A program made the translations under genes and the position numbers. The notes under the pieces were generated by a model. The model was not told where the DNA came from. It saw nothing but the letters and a program-made list of their open reading frames with translations, and searched no databases. From Dehalococcoidia bacterium (lineage in GTDB: Bacteria > Chloroflexota > Dehalococcoidia > Dehalococcoidales > Fen-1064), in the NCBI GenBank assembly GCA_011171075.1, contig DUFD01000008.1, positions 10,148 through 74,147 of the forward strand: a DNA stretch of 64,000 nt. Reading direction: 5' to 3'. Shown here piece by piece: positions 20,050 through 28,818 of this stretch. The stretch's first letter is position 1; each line of letters opens with the position of its first letter.

Positions 20050-22308
20050 TTGAGTTATACTAAGTGTATATCAGGGTACAGGGAGCCGGTGGTGGTTTTT
20101 GAGCAATTGCTGGGGAAGGCAAAGGAGTACCTGCCGCCAGAGAAACTGGCCTTTGTGCAGAAGGCTTATGATTTTGCCAGCCGGGCGCATGAAGGGCAGA
20201 TGCGGTTGTCGGGCGACCCCTACATAGAGCACCCGCTGCAGACGGCGATGATTCTTGCTGACCTGGAGCTGGATGCCAGTGCCCTGGCGGCTGCACTCCT
20301 GCATGACGTTACGGAGAACTGCGGGATACCCAACTCCGAAATCGAGGCCGAGTTCGGTCCCGAGGTAGCCAAGCTGGTTGAAGCCACCACCAAGCTGGGT
20401 ATACTCTCCAGGCAGGCTTCGGAGGAGGCTACAACTACCGATAAAGACCAGGCGGAGAACCTGAGGAAATTGCTGGTGGCAATGGCCGAGGACCTGCGGG
20501 TCGTCTTCATAAAGCTGGCTGACCGGCTGCACAACATGAAAACACTGTATGCTTTGCCTCCGGAGAAACAGCAGTCCATCTCTCGGGAAACTCTGGAGAT
20601 ATACGCACCTCTCGCACACCGACTCGGTATCTGGGAACTGAAGTGGCAACTGGAAGACGAGTGCTTCCACTATCTGGAACCGGAGAGCTATGAGAAAATT
20701 AAGCGGGACGTCGTCGAAGGAAAGCGTGCTGAACGTGAAGCACTCATTGCCGAGGTCACTGCCCGGTTGAACCGTGAGTTTAAACTGGCGGGAATTGAGG
20801 CCGAAATAATCGGGCGCCCAAAGCATTTCTACAGCATCCACCAGAAGATGAAACAATACGCGAATATAGGCAAAGATTTCAACGCAATATACGACCTTCT
20901 GGCGCTCCGGGTGCTGGTAAACTCACTGCGGGACTGCTATGGCGCGGTGGGTGTCATCCACACTACGTGGCACCCAGTAATGGAGCAGTATGATGACTAC
21001 ATTGCCAATCCAAAACCAAACGGCTATCGGTCATTACATACTACCGTAAGGCTAACCGGGACGGAAAAGCCGAACGCTATGCTAACTGGAATGGAAAAGC
21101 TGGAGATACAGATACGCACCAAGCAAATGCATCAGGAGTCCGAGCGTGGTGTGGCCGTCCACTGGAGATATAAGGAGAAGGGCAAGCGCGATACTGATTT
21201 TGAAGACCGTATCAGCTGGCTGCGGCAGCTTATCGATTGGCACCGGGAGCTAAGCGGGGCAGAGGAGTTTCTGGATACTGTCAAGACAGACGTTTTCAGT
21301 GACCAGGTGTTTGTCTACACACCTAAGGGGGAAATAAAGGACCTGCGTGCCGGTTCTACCCCCATTGATTTTGCCTACCAGGTTCATACCGATGTCGGGC
21401 ACCGGTGTATCGGTGCCAAGGTGAACGGTCGCCTTGTGCCGCTCAACTATCATCTCCAGAATGGCGACGTTGTCCAGATAATGACGGGTAAGGGAGACCG
21501 GGGGCCGAGTCGTGACTGGCTGAACCCGAATCTAGGTTATGTCCAGACCAATCACGCCAGGGAGAAGATAAGGCAGTGGTTCAAGAAAAGGGAGCAGACC
21601 GAGAACGTGGAGCGTGGCCGGGAGCTCCTGGAGAAGCTGATGAGGCAGCTTGGTATTAAGTTCAGCGAGCGAGAACACCTTGCCGAGTTGTTCAAGTATG
21701 ACAACCTTGAGGAGTTCTATAGCGCCATCGGCTTCGGCGGGATTACCACCCACCAGATAGCCTCGAAACTGGCTGCCGTCGAGGAGGAAGAACCAGAGGT
21801 AGCGGAGGAGGAGGTACCGCTCAAGCGAGTGACCTCAACGGTGAAAGTACTGGGTGCGGATGACATGCTCACGCAACTTGCCCGGTGTTGTAATCCTGTG
21901 CCTGGTGACGCTATCATTGGTTATATTACCCGCAGCCGGGGCGTGACCGTTCACCGCCAGGACTGTGTCAATGTAATCAATGAGGAGGAGAAGGAGAGGA
22001 TGGTGGCGGTTGAGTGGGGGCAGGCCAACGTCCTCTATCCGGTGAAGGTACGGGTGGATGCCTGGGACAGGGTAGGATTGATGCGTGATATTACCACGAT
22101 GGTTGCCGAGGAGAGGATTAATATCGTTGCGGCGAGTCTTGTCAATGGAGAAGACCAGACCATTTCAGTATTCCTTACGCTGGAGATTGGCGACCTGGCG
22201 CAGCTGAGTCGGCTGCTGGCAAAGGTCGAAGGTGTCAGGAGTGTAACCGGTGTTGCCAGGGTGGCGGAGGGGGTGGCCATAAAAGCCTCCCCGACTGATA
22301 CCAGGTAG
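20050..22308 (+). CDS. rel: Bifunctional (p)ppGpp synthetase/hydrolase (RelA/SpoT homologue)
   Basis: 752 aa. HD hydrolase domain (SGDPYIEHPL...LLHDVTEN), synthetase domain (YRSLHTTV), and TGS and ACT C-terminal domains. Confidence 0.93.
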   Translation: MSYTKCISGYREPVVVFEQLLGKAKEYLPPEKLAFVQKAYDFASRAHEGQMRLSGDPYIEHPLQTAMILADLELDASALAAALLHDVTENCGIPNSEIEAEFGPEVAKLVEATTKLGILSRQASEEATTTDKDQAENLRKLLVAMAEDLRVVFIKLADRLHNMKTLYALPPEKQQSISRETLEIYAPLAHRLGIWELKWQLEDECFHYLEPESYEKIKRDVVEGKRAEREALIAEVTARLNREFKLAGIEAEIIGRPKHFYSIHQKMKQYANIGKDFNAIYDLLALRVLVNSLRDCYGAVGVIHTTWHPVMEQYDDYIANPKPNGYRSLHTTVRLTGTEKPNAMLTGMEKLEIQIRTKQMHQESERGVAVHWRYKEKGKRDTDFEDRISWLRQLIDWHRELSGAEEFLDTVKTDVFSDQVFVYTPKGEIKDLRAGSTPIDFAYQVHTDVGHRCIGAKVNGRLVPLNYHLQNGDVVQIMTGKGDRGPSRDWLNPNLGYVQTNHAREKIRQWFKKREQTENVERGRELLEKLMRQLGIKFSEREHLAELFKYDNLEEFYSAIGFGGITTHQIASKLAAVEEEEPEVAEEEVPLKRVTSTVKVLGADDMLTQLARCCNPVPGDAIIGYITRSRGVTVHRQDCVNVINEEEKERMVAVEWGQANVLYPVKVRVDAWDRVGLMRDITTMVAEERINIVAASLVNGEDQTISVFLTLEIGDLAQLSRLLAKVEGVRSVTGVARVAEGVAIKASPTDTR

Positions 22309-22359
22309 ACATCCGTGTGATAAAGAATACATTCACCAAGGAGACCGAGGAGGTAGAGA

Positions 22360-22629
22360 TTGCCCATTACCAAGTCAGCCAAGAAGCAGGTACGAAAGGA
22401 TGCAAAACGGCGCCTGCATAACAGGTCTATCCGCAGCCTGTGCCGGACCAATGTGATTAAGGCGGGGCGACTGATTACGTCGGGTGAGCTCGAGGCAGCC
22501 CGGGAGGCGGTGACTGTCGCTATCAGTTCGCTCGATAAGGCGGCGGAAAAAGGGGTGATTCACCCGAATAATGCTGCCAGGAGAAAGGCACGCCTGATTA
22601 AGAAGCTGAATCAGGCCCTGGCAAGCTGA
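22360..22629 (+). CDS. rpsT: 30S ribosomal protein S20
   Basis: 89 aa, MPITKSAKKQVRKDAKRRLHNRS... The TTG start follows a GGAGG SD. Confidence 0.92.
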   Translation: MPITKSAKKQVRKDAKRRLHNRSIRSLCRTNVIKAGRLITSGELEAAREAVTVAISSLDKAAEKGVIHPNNAARRKARLIKKLNQALAS

Positions 22630-22748
22630 GTCGACCTTCGTCGATAGCAGATTCATGTCATACTGGTTTGACATTTCTTATCAAGTAATTGTAAATTACC
22701 CTTGACACGCTCCTGCGTGAGATTTACTCCTTGGGTCAGGGGGTCGGG

Positions 22749-23330
22749 ATGCTGGCTCAGTTTCAGAGAATAGGGAGAGACCTGTTTACCCGGGGGCTGG
22801 TCTCTTCTCACACTGGAAACCTTAGTATCAGGCTGAGGAACCACATTATCATTACACGGCGTGCCTGCATGCTCGGTGACCTGCAGGAGCATGACCTTGT
22901 TGAGACCGGAATAGAGAAGAATGACCGCTCGACACCGCTGGCCTCGGCGGAGCTGGCGGTACACCGGGCTATTTACCAGGCGACCCCGGCACAGGCTATC
23001 GTCCATGCGCATCCACCCCATGCGATTGCCCTGTCTCTGGTGAAAACGGAAATCGTGCCCCGCTGCGCCGAAGGTCTTGCCACCATAGGTCACGTGCCAG
23101 TGCTCGGCTGGCATATGGATGTGAAACCCGGAGGGCTGGCCAAAACAATCGCTGAAGCATTAAAGGAGCACCGTGTTGTAATGGTCCACGGTCATGGCTG
23201 CTTCGCTACTGGTCAGCTCCTTGAGGACGCCTTCAACTGTACCACCGCGCTGGAAGAATGCAGTCAGGTCAATTGTTTGCTGACATCCCTGCAGGCGCAA
23301 CCAGCTAGCCAGCGGCCTTCGACTGCCTAG
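22749..23330 (+). CDS. Class II aldolase/adducin family protein
   Basis: ...GLVSSHTGNLSIRL... and ...AIVHAHPPHAIALS... are typical of the fuculose-phosphate aldolase / MtnB fold. The start could be 22731 (TTG) or 22749 (ATG). Confidence 0.75.
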   Translation: MLAQFQRIGRDLFTRGLVSSHTGNLSIRLRNHIIITRRACMLGDLQEHDLVETGIEKNDRSTPLASAELAVHRAIYQATPAQAIVHAHPPHAIALSLVKTEIVPRCAEGLATIGHVPVLGWHMDVKPGGLAKTIAEALKEHRVVMVHGHGCFATGQLLEDAFNCTTALEECSQVNCLLTSLQAQPASQRPSTA

Positions 23331-23965
23331 TCGCCGCGGATAAAGTCCTTTATCCCTTTGGACTTTGCAATTGAGGCTAATGCCGTTGGGGCAAATTTCG
23401 CCACGACCATCAGTCCCACCACGACTGACCACACGACAAACATGCCCGAATGGGTGCCCATCAGCCAGGCGATAAAGGGCAGGGCTATCAGTCCGATACC
23501 CATGGCCAGCGCGACATTGCGGATAGTCACCAGTGGAACGACAAGGATGGCCAGCAGAACCCCCAGGCCTATTGCGTACCCGTAGATAGGCATGAGAACC
23601 GCCAGGGCACCAACCGAGGCCCCCATCCCCTTGCCCCCGCTGAACTTCAGCCAGAGCATCCAGTTGTGGCCGGCTACTGCCGCCCCGCCTGCCAGATATA
23701 CGTAGATTGGTTCTAGGTCTAGCAGCCAGTAAGCTATCGCCACTGCCGCTGCCCCCTTGCCGACATCAACGATACCGACGATAATGGCGGGTACTATGCC
23801 GACCTCGCGGTAGGTATTGAGACCACCGACGTTACCACCTCCGATTTTACGGATGTCCTCACCGCTAGCGAGACGGGTGGCGATGTAGGCGGTAGGTATT
23901 GAGCCGAGGAAGTAACCTATCAGGAAAACGATGATGCCGGTAACAATCTCATTATTGGCTATCAC
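23327..23965 (-). CDS. plsY: Glycerol-3-phosphate acyltransferase PlsY
   Basis: 212 aa polytopic membrane protein. ...GYFLGSIPTAYI...DIRKIGGGNVGGLNTYR...DVGKGAAAV... matches the PlsY motifs. Confidence 0.85.
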   Translation of the reverse strand: MIANNEIVTGIIVFLIGYFLGSIPTAYIATRLASGEDIRKIGGGNVGGLNTYREVGIVPAIIVGIVDVGKGAAAVAIAYWLLDLEPIYVYLAGGAAVAGHNWMLWLKFSGGKGMGASVGALAVLMPIYGYAIGLGVLLAILVVPLVTIRNVALAMGIGLIALPFIAWLMGTHSGMFVVWSVVVGLMVVAKFAPTALASIAKSKGIKDFIRGD

Positions 23966-23986
23966 GAACAGTCTCCGGTCAATGGT

Positions 23987-24901
23987 TTATTTTTCATAGA
24001 CCGGGGTGCACCATTCGGCGTATTTGGGATTGTTGCTCAATATAACCTCATGGAAGAGCTTCTGCAGTTTCGCGCTCAACTTGCCAATCTTGCCGTCGGC
24101 TATCTTACGCCGGTCTATCTCGGTTACCGGGACGAAGTGGACTGCGGTCCCTGTCAGGAAGCACTCCTCCGCGGTGTAAAGCTCGTTACGGCTGATGTGT
24201 CTTTCCACTGTCTCGATGCCCAGTTCCTCTCGGGCCAGTGTTATCACCGTATTTCGGTTTATGCCGACCAGGATGCCGTCCGTGCCGGGTGTCGTCACCA
24301 GCTGCCCGTTAATTACCAGGAAGATGTTCTCGCCACTTCCCTCAGCGACATGTCCGTCCGGGGTCAGCATAATGGCCTCATCAAAGCCGTTCTCAACCGC
24401 TTCGGTCTTGGCGAAGGCGTTGGTCACGTAGAGGCCGGTAATCTTGGCGCGCGGCACTTCACTGGGAAAACGCCAGGAAGAGACGCAGCACCTTGCGTGG
24501 TCGGTATCCAGATATCGTCCCCAGGGGAAAGCAAAGACCAGAAAATCACTTTCGAGGTTGTGGAGGCGGACCCCCATTGCCTGGGAGCTTTTGTAGGCAA
24601 GTGGCCGGACATAGACATCTTCCTCGAAGCCGCATTTGGCCACGACCTCAACCGTTATCCGGCAGAGGTCATCAAGGGTGTGGGGCAACTCGATATTCAG
24701 CAGGTGGCAGCCATCCAGCATACGCTGGTAGTGCTCCTTGAGTCGGAAGATATATATCTGCTTGTGGGCGTCGTTCCAGTTGCCCCGGATGCCCTCAAAG
24801 ACAGCCGTGCCATAGTGCATGAAGTTGGTCATGACATTGAGGTTGGCGTCCTCTAAGGGCACAATCCGGTTCTGGAAATAAGCGTATGACGGCATGAGCA
24901 A
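23987..24901 (-). CDS. ilvE: Branched-chain amino acid aminotransferase (fold type IV)
   Basis: 304 aa. ...YGTAVFEGIRGNW..., ...VYVRPLAY..., and the layout of the class IV aminotransferase family. Confidence 0.9.
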   Translation of the reverse strand: MLMPSYAYFQNRIVPLEDANLNVMTNFMHYGTAVFEGIRGNWNDAHKQIYIFRLKEHYQRMLDGCHLLNIELPHTLDDLCRITVEVVAKCGFEEDVYVRPLAYKSSQAMGVRLHNLESDFLVFAFPWGRYLDTDHARCCVSSWRFPSEVPRAKITGLYVTNAFAKTEAVENGFDEAIMLTPDGHVAEGSGENIFLVINGQLVTTPGTDGILVGINRNTVITLAREELGIETVERHISRNELYTAEECFLTGTAVHFVPVTEIDRRKIADGKIGKLSAKLQKLFHEVILSNNPKYAEWCTPVYEK

Positions 24902-24926
24902 TCTCCTTTCAAGCAGATATGATAGC

Positions 24927-25310
24927 TTAGCCTCTTAACTTAATTTTTTCAACATCCAGCGATACTGTAATGGCGGCATTGGCTATGATTATTTCATCCG
25001 ATTTGTCTTCCAGTTCACGTATATCGTGGCCGTGGACGAGCATGCCCCCCTCGACCACTTCTATTTCCTTCTGTCCAAAGGGAAGGGCTTGAAGGACTAC
25101 ACCGGTATCGACTTCTTCGGGGCGGGGACAGGCAATAAGTACCTCGACGAGCATTTCGTTCAGGTCTTTGAGGGCCACCATTTCCAGAAGCCCGACGAGA
25201 CTGACACGCCCGATGGCATCTTTGACCGCCTTGGCGGCTGCCTTGGTGACATCCTGCCCGTGCTGCTCCACTCCGGTGCCTATCTCGATAATGAATCGCT
25301 TCTTTTTCAC
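24927..25310 (-). CDS. Small conserved hypothetical protein (Lin0512-like family, from memory)
   Basis: A GTG start gives MKKKRFIIEIGTGVEQHGQDVTKAAAKAVKDAI... The longer ORF reaching 25379 adds a non-protein-like N-terminus. Confidence 0.5.
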   Translation of the reverse strand: MKKKRFIIEIGTGVEQHGQDVTKAAAKAVKDAIGRVSLVGLLEMVALKDLNEMLVEVLIACPRPEEVDTGVVLQALPFGQKEIEVVEGGMLVHGHDIRELEDKSDEIIIANAAITVSLDVEKIKLRG

Positions 25311-25408
25311 GATTCTATTCCCCGGCTTTGTAGGGGCTATTATAAAGTAAGGTAGGGCCGAAGGCAAGGGAGCGTACATCTGTATAGCGCCAGTGAAATT
25401 CCGGAGTG

Positions 25409-26080
25409 CTAGTCCCCTTCGGCTTCTGCTGAGTCGGGGGCCTCCGCAGGCTTTGCCTCTTCTTCGGCCTCAGCAACCTCTTCGGCGACCTCAACCGCTT
25501 CTGGCACTTCCTCTACTATCTCACGTTGGACGGTAATCCTGGCAACCATCACTTCCGGGTCGTTGAGGATGGTGACGCCCTTACCAGGGACAATATCGCT
25601 TACACGGATTGCCTGGTCGGGTTCGGCAAGGGAGGTGACATCTATTTCTATGCTGTTGGGAATATTAGCTGGCAGGCACTGAATACTCAATTCGTTGAGT
25701 TCCTGCGACAGCATGTTTTCCTTGTTCCTCAAGGCCGGAGCCTCGCCTACCAGTACGATTGGTACGTCGACGTCTATTACCTCGGTCATTTTCACCTGGT
25801 AGAAATCCACATGGAGCAAATCGCCCTTTAAGATGTTCTGCTGAGTTTCGCGGACCATCACTGTCCTTGGTGTCTTCTCACCGTCAATGTTGAGGTTAAT
25901 AATCCTCGTTTGACCGGTCAGAGCGAGGACTCGCTGAAGATTGACGGTATCGCACTGCAATGCCAGCGACTCTATGCCGTGTCCAAAGACGTGTACCGGC
26001 GTGATGCCCTGGCGGCGTAAAAACCTGACCTTCTTACCGAGAATGTCTCGCTTGGTGGCTTGCAGTTCTATCTGCTCCAT
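25409..26080 (-). CDS. rplY: 50S ribosomal protein L25 / general stress protein Ctc
   Basis: 223 aa. MEQIELQATKRDILGKKVRFLRRQGITPVHVFG..., with an acidic C-terminal extension. Confidence 0.9.
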   Translation of the reverse strand: MEQIELQATKRDILGKKVRFLRRQGITPVHVFGHGIESLALQCDTVNLQRVLALTGQTRIINLNIDGEKTPRTVMVRETQQNILKGDLLHVDFYQVKMTEVIDVDVPIVLVGEAPALRNKENMLSQELNELSIQCLPANIPNSIEIDVTSLAEPDQAIRVSDIVPGKGVTILNDPEVMVARITVQREIVEEVPEAVEVAEEVAEAEEEAKPAEAPDSAEAEGD

Positions 26081-26162
26081 CTGTTTGCTCTCCGATAGTT
26101 GTGGTTATCTACATTAAAGCATATTTTGGGGCTCTGTGTATAGAGGTCGGTCCTTTGCAGGC

Positions 26163-27389
26163 TCACCTTGAGAGGCTCGGCGTCGGCAGTGTGTAGTCGC
26201 CGCCGTCATCGTGGGGGAAGATATCCCTCAGTCTGAGGGTGCGGCCGGTCTGGATAGCGGCGAAGCCATAGCGGTCCCGGATGCGGTCTATCGCCCGGTT
26301 CAGTTGCTCCTGGCGCTGGTCACGGGAGTCCAGCATGGCCAGTTGCCTGCCCGGCTCTACCAGGTTTGACACCCCGATGCCGATAAGCCGTACCGGTTGC
26401 CTCTCCGTCGACAGCGCCCGCCGGAGAAGAGTCGCCCCGGTGTCATATATCAGGTGGTCGGTATCGGAGGCCTGCGGCAGGGTACGACTTCGCGTAATGG
26501 TGGTGAAATCGGCGTACCTCAGCTTGAGGTTAACGGTCTTTGCCTGCTTGCCCTGACGCCGCAGGTTATTCCCGACCCTTTCCGCAAGGTAGCGTAGGGT
26601 GGCTTCCAGCGTTGACCTTTCGGTAACGTCTTTATCGAAAGTGGTCTCGCGGCTGATTGACTTTGCCTCGGTTGGCGGTGATACCTCTCTATCATCAATG
26701 CCACTGGCGGAGCGGTGCAGCGTCTCACCAAACGCACCAAAATGACTTTTTAAGGCCTCCAACGGCATTCGGGCTAGTTGGCCAAGGGTCTTGATTCCCA
26801 GCCCCTTTAATTTTTGCTCTGTCTTTTTACCGATTCCCGGTAACTTTTCGATTGGCAGCGGAGCCAGGAAGGCCTGCTCCTCACCCGGCGGGATCTCGAG
26901 CAGCCCGTCCGGCTTGGAGAGGTCGGAGGCGACCTTGGCGACTACTTTGCAGACGGCGATACCGATTGACGCGTTGAGCTGAAGCTCGTCTTTAACACGT
27001 TGTTTGATAGTCCGTGCCATTTGATGAATTGAGCCGTGGAGTGATTCGAAGCCGGTCACATCCAGATAGGCCTCGTCGAGCCCCATCGGCTCAAGGAAAG
27101 GGGAGAAGTCGGCCAGGATGGCCATGAACCTCTTTGAGGCATCACGGTAGCGTGCGAAGCTGCCCTCGATGAATATTGCCTGGGGGCAGAGGCGGACGGC
27201 GGTGGCCAGGGGCATGCCGGAGTGGAGTCCGAAGGCACGGGCCTCGTAGGACGCAGCGGCCACCACCCCTCTCCGGTCGGGCCGACCCCCAACGACCACC
27301 GGTTTGCCTTGAAGCTCCGGGTTGAGCACCTGCTCCACCGAGACAAAGAAGGCATCGAGGTCGACGTGCATTATGGTCCGGCTGGCCAT
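26163..27389 (-). CDS. dinB: DNA polymerase IV (Y-family)
   Basis: 408 aa. IMHVDLDAFFVSVEQ, ...SLDEAYLDVT..., and an HhH motif, KLPGIGKKTEQKL. Confidence 0.93.
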   Translation of the reverse strand: MASRTIMHVDLDAFFVSVEQVLNPELQGKPVVVGGRPDRRGVVAAASYEARAFGLHSGMPLATAVRLCPQAIFIEGSFARYRDASKRFMAILADFSPFLEPMGLDEAYLDVTGFESLHGSIHQMARTIKQRVKDELQLNASIGIAVCKVVAKVASDLSKPDGLLEIPPGEEQAFLAPLPIEKLPGIGKKTEQKLKGLGIKTLGQLARMPLEALKSHFGAFGETLHRSASGIDDREVSPPTEAKSISRETTFDKDVTERSTLEATLRYLAERVGNNLRRQGKQAKTVNLKLRYADFTTITRSRTLPQASDTDHLIYDTGATLLRRALSTERQPVRLIGIGVSNLVEPGRQLAMLDSRDQRQEQLNRAIDRIRDRYGFAAIQTGRTLRLRDIFPHDDGGDYTLPTPSLSR

Positions 27390-27669
27390 TTCCCCTCTCC
27401 TGTACCGTAGCCTGGCTATTATAGCACATCCGTACTAGTTTTGTGAATACCTATGACATGCTAACCTTTCGGTCGCTGCACCGTTATAGTTTATAAAGGC
27501 GGGAGCAAGTTTTGTGAAGACAATAATCGCTGATTATATCAGGGAGATGCTGTTTCGGGTAAGGTGGCTGACCATGTCCGACCGGCAGAGATATGCCCTT
27601 CTATGGGAGCGGACGAAGAAGAGCCTTTAGAATAATATCAATCAGTAACTACCTGCTAATTGTGTGGTT

Positions 27670-28593
27670 TTAGCTGTGATAACTCTTTCTGCGGATGATT
27701 AATAACACAGTTATGCTCATAAACACCACTGCTAATCCTAAGAATACATACATTAGTATTTGTGTAATATTTAGCTGATTGTTGGTTTCTCCCAGCTGTT
27801 CCACCGTTGATTCATGCTCTAATTGTAACGCTTCATAGTCCAACTCGAGGGAATTATAAATAGAGTTCAGAGTAGTATAATCAGATTCAAGTAATGTATA
27901 CTCATAACTCAACAAACTATAGTCGTCCTGAAGAGAAGTGTAATTTGAGTTCAGAGAGACATATTCATTCGAGAGTGTGTCGAATACAACTTCCATGTCG
28001 TTATATTGTGTCTGTAACTCATTGTACTCTGTGCTGAGATTTTCGTATTCCCCATCAATCCAGGTGTCAAATGGGATGATGTTTACCACAGTCCCCTCGG
28101 TAATAACAGGTATAATCTCACCACTCGTATTTTTGAACTCTACGTCTCTGAACTGTATCTCAGTAGCTCCTGGCGTTTTAGGTTCAAACAGGAATGTTAG
28201 TAGGATTCCAGAACCTGAGATTGGGTTACGTATTTGATAGTAATTATAGGTATAAGAACCATAGCCAGGGTGGCCAGATGAGGTTCCACCCCCCGACCAC
28301 TCTGAAGGTTCTGGACGCCCTAAATCCTCCCAATCTGGAACGAGTAAGATATCACCATCGAAAATAATAGAGAACTTAAACCAATCTAAGTTCTGTACGT
28401 TGCTTAGATGCAGTCGAATGTAGAACCTACCAATCCCATGTTCGAAATTTATAAACGGTACTTCTACCGTATCTGGTTGAAAGGAAAGAATCGCTGAGCT
28501 ATCACTTGCGTCAAGCGTCTCTGCAGGTAGTAGGGTACATATTACTAGTGCTATAAGTAATGCAACCAGTGTTCTTATGTATTGCCTCTTCAT
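27670..28593 (-). CDS. Hypothetical surface protein: signal peptide, cohesin-like beta-sandwich, Tyr/Leu heptad stalk, C-terminal TM anchor
   Basis: I prefer the start at 28593 (MKRQYIRTLVALLIALVICTLL, with the GGAG SD upstream) over 28674. The mid part resembles cohesin-type domains (...ILSFQPDTVEVP...LSNVQNLDWFKFSIIFDGDIL...GILLTFLFEPKTPGATEIQF...). There are 11 heptads and a terminal hydrophobic helix followed by RRK. The gene is strongly AT-rich. Confidence 0.6.
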   Translation of the reverse strand: MKRQYIRTLVALLIALVICTLLPAETLDASDSSAILSFQPDTVEVPFINFEHGIGRFYIRLHLSNVQNLDWFKFSIIFDGDILLVPDWEDLGRPEPSEWSGGGTSSGHPGYGSYTYNYYQIRNPISGSGILLTFLFEPKTPGATEIQFRDVEFKNTSGEIIPVITEGTVVNIIPFDTWIDGEYENLSTEYNELQTQYNDMEVVFDTLSNEYVSLNSNYTSLQDDYSLLSYEYTLLESDYTTLNSIYNSLELDYEALQLEHESTVEQLGETNNQLNITQILMYVFLGLAVVFMSITVLLIIRRKSYHS

Positions 28594-28818
28594 GTTCCAC
28601 TCCTGTAAGTGTAAAAGCTTGGTGAATTGAATATACCCGACTTTAGTTGTCGGTATCTGTACGTCAATGCACAACGATTGTAGTAGGCATTAAAGATGCT
28701 GTCAACGTCTGTGCAGTGCTTTTAGGATAGTTTATTGAGAGTACACAGGCGCAGAAATCTTAAGAACACTTGGCGATAGAAAACTGGGCTTTCAGATTAC
28801 TAGTCCGTTCTATTCTTC

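Noticed and set aside
20071-20856. 261-aa minus-strand ORF inside rel
   Set aside because: It is fully antisense to an unambiguous RelA/SpoT gene. Its composition is not protein-like (rich in Q, L, P and R) and it has no motifs. It is a typical shadow ORF in moderately GC-rich DNA.
24050-24856. 268-aa plus-strand ORF antisense to ilvE
   Set aside because: It is the shadow frame of a clearly recognisable aminotransferase. It has no SD and no recognisable domains.
27514-27630. 38-codon GTG-initiated ORF (VKTIIADYIREMLFRVRWLTMSDRQRYALLWERTKKSL) at the edge of the AT-rich insert
   Set aside because: It has no SD, no recognisable family, and is too short to evaluate. I did not call it as a gene.
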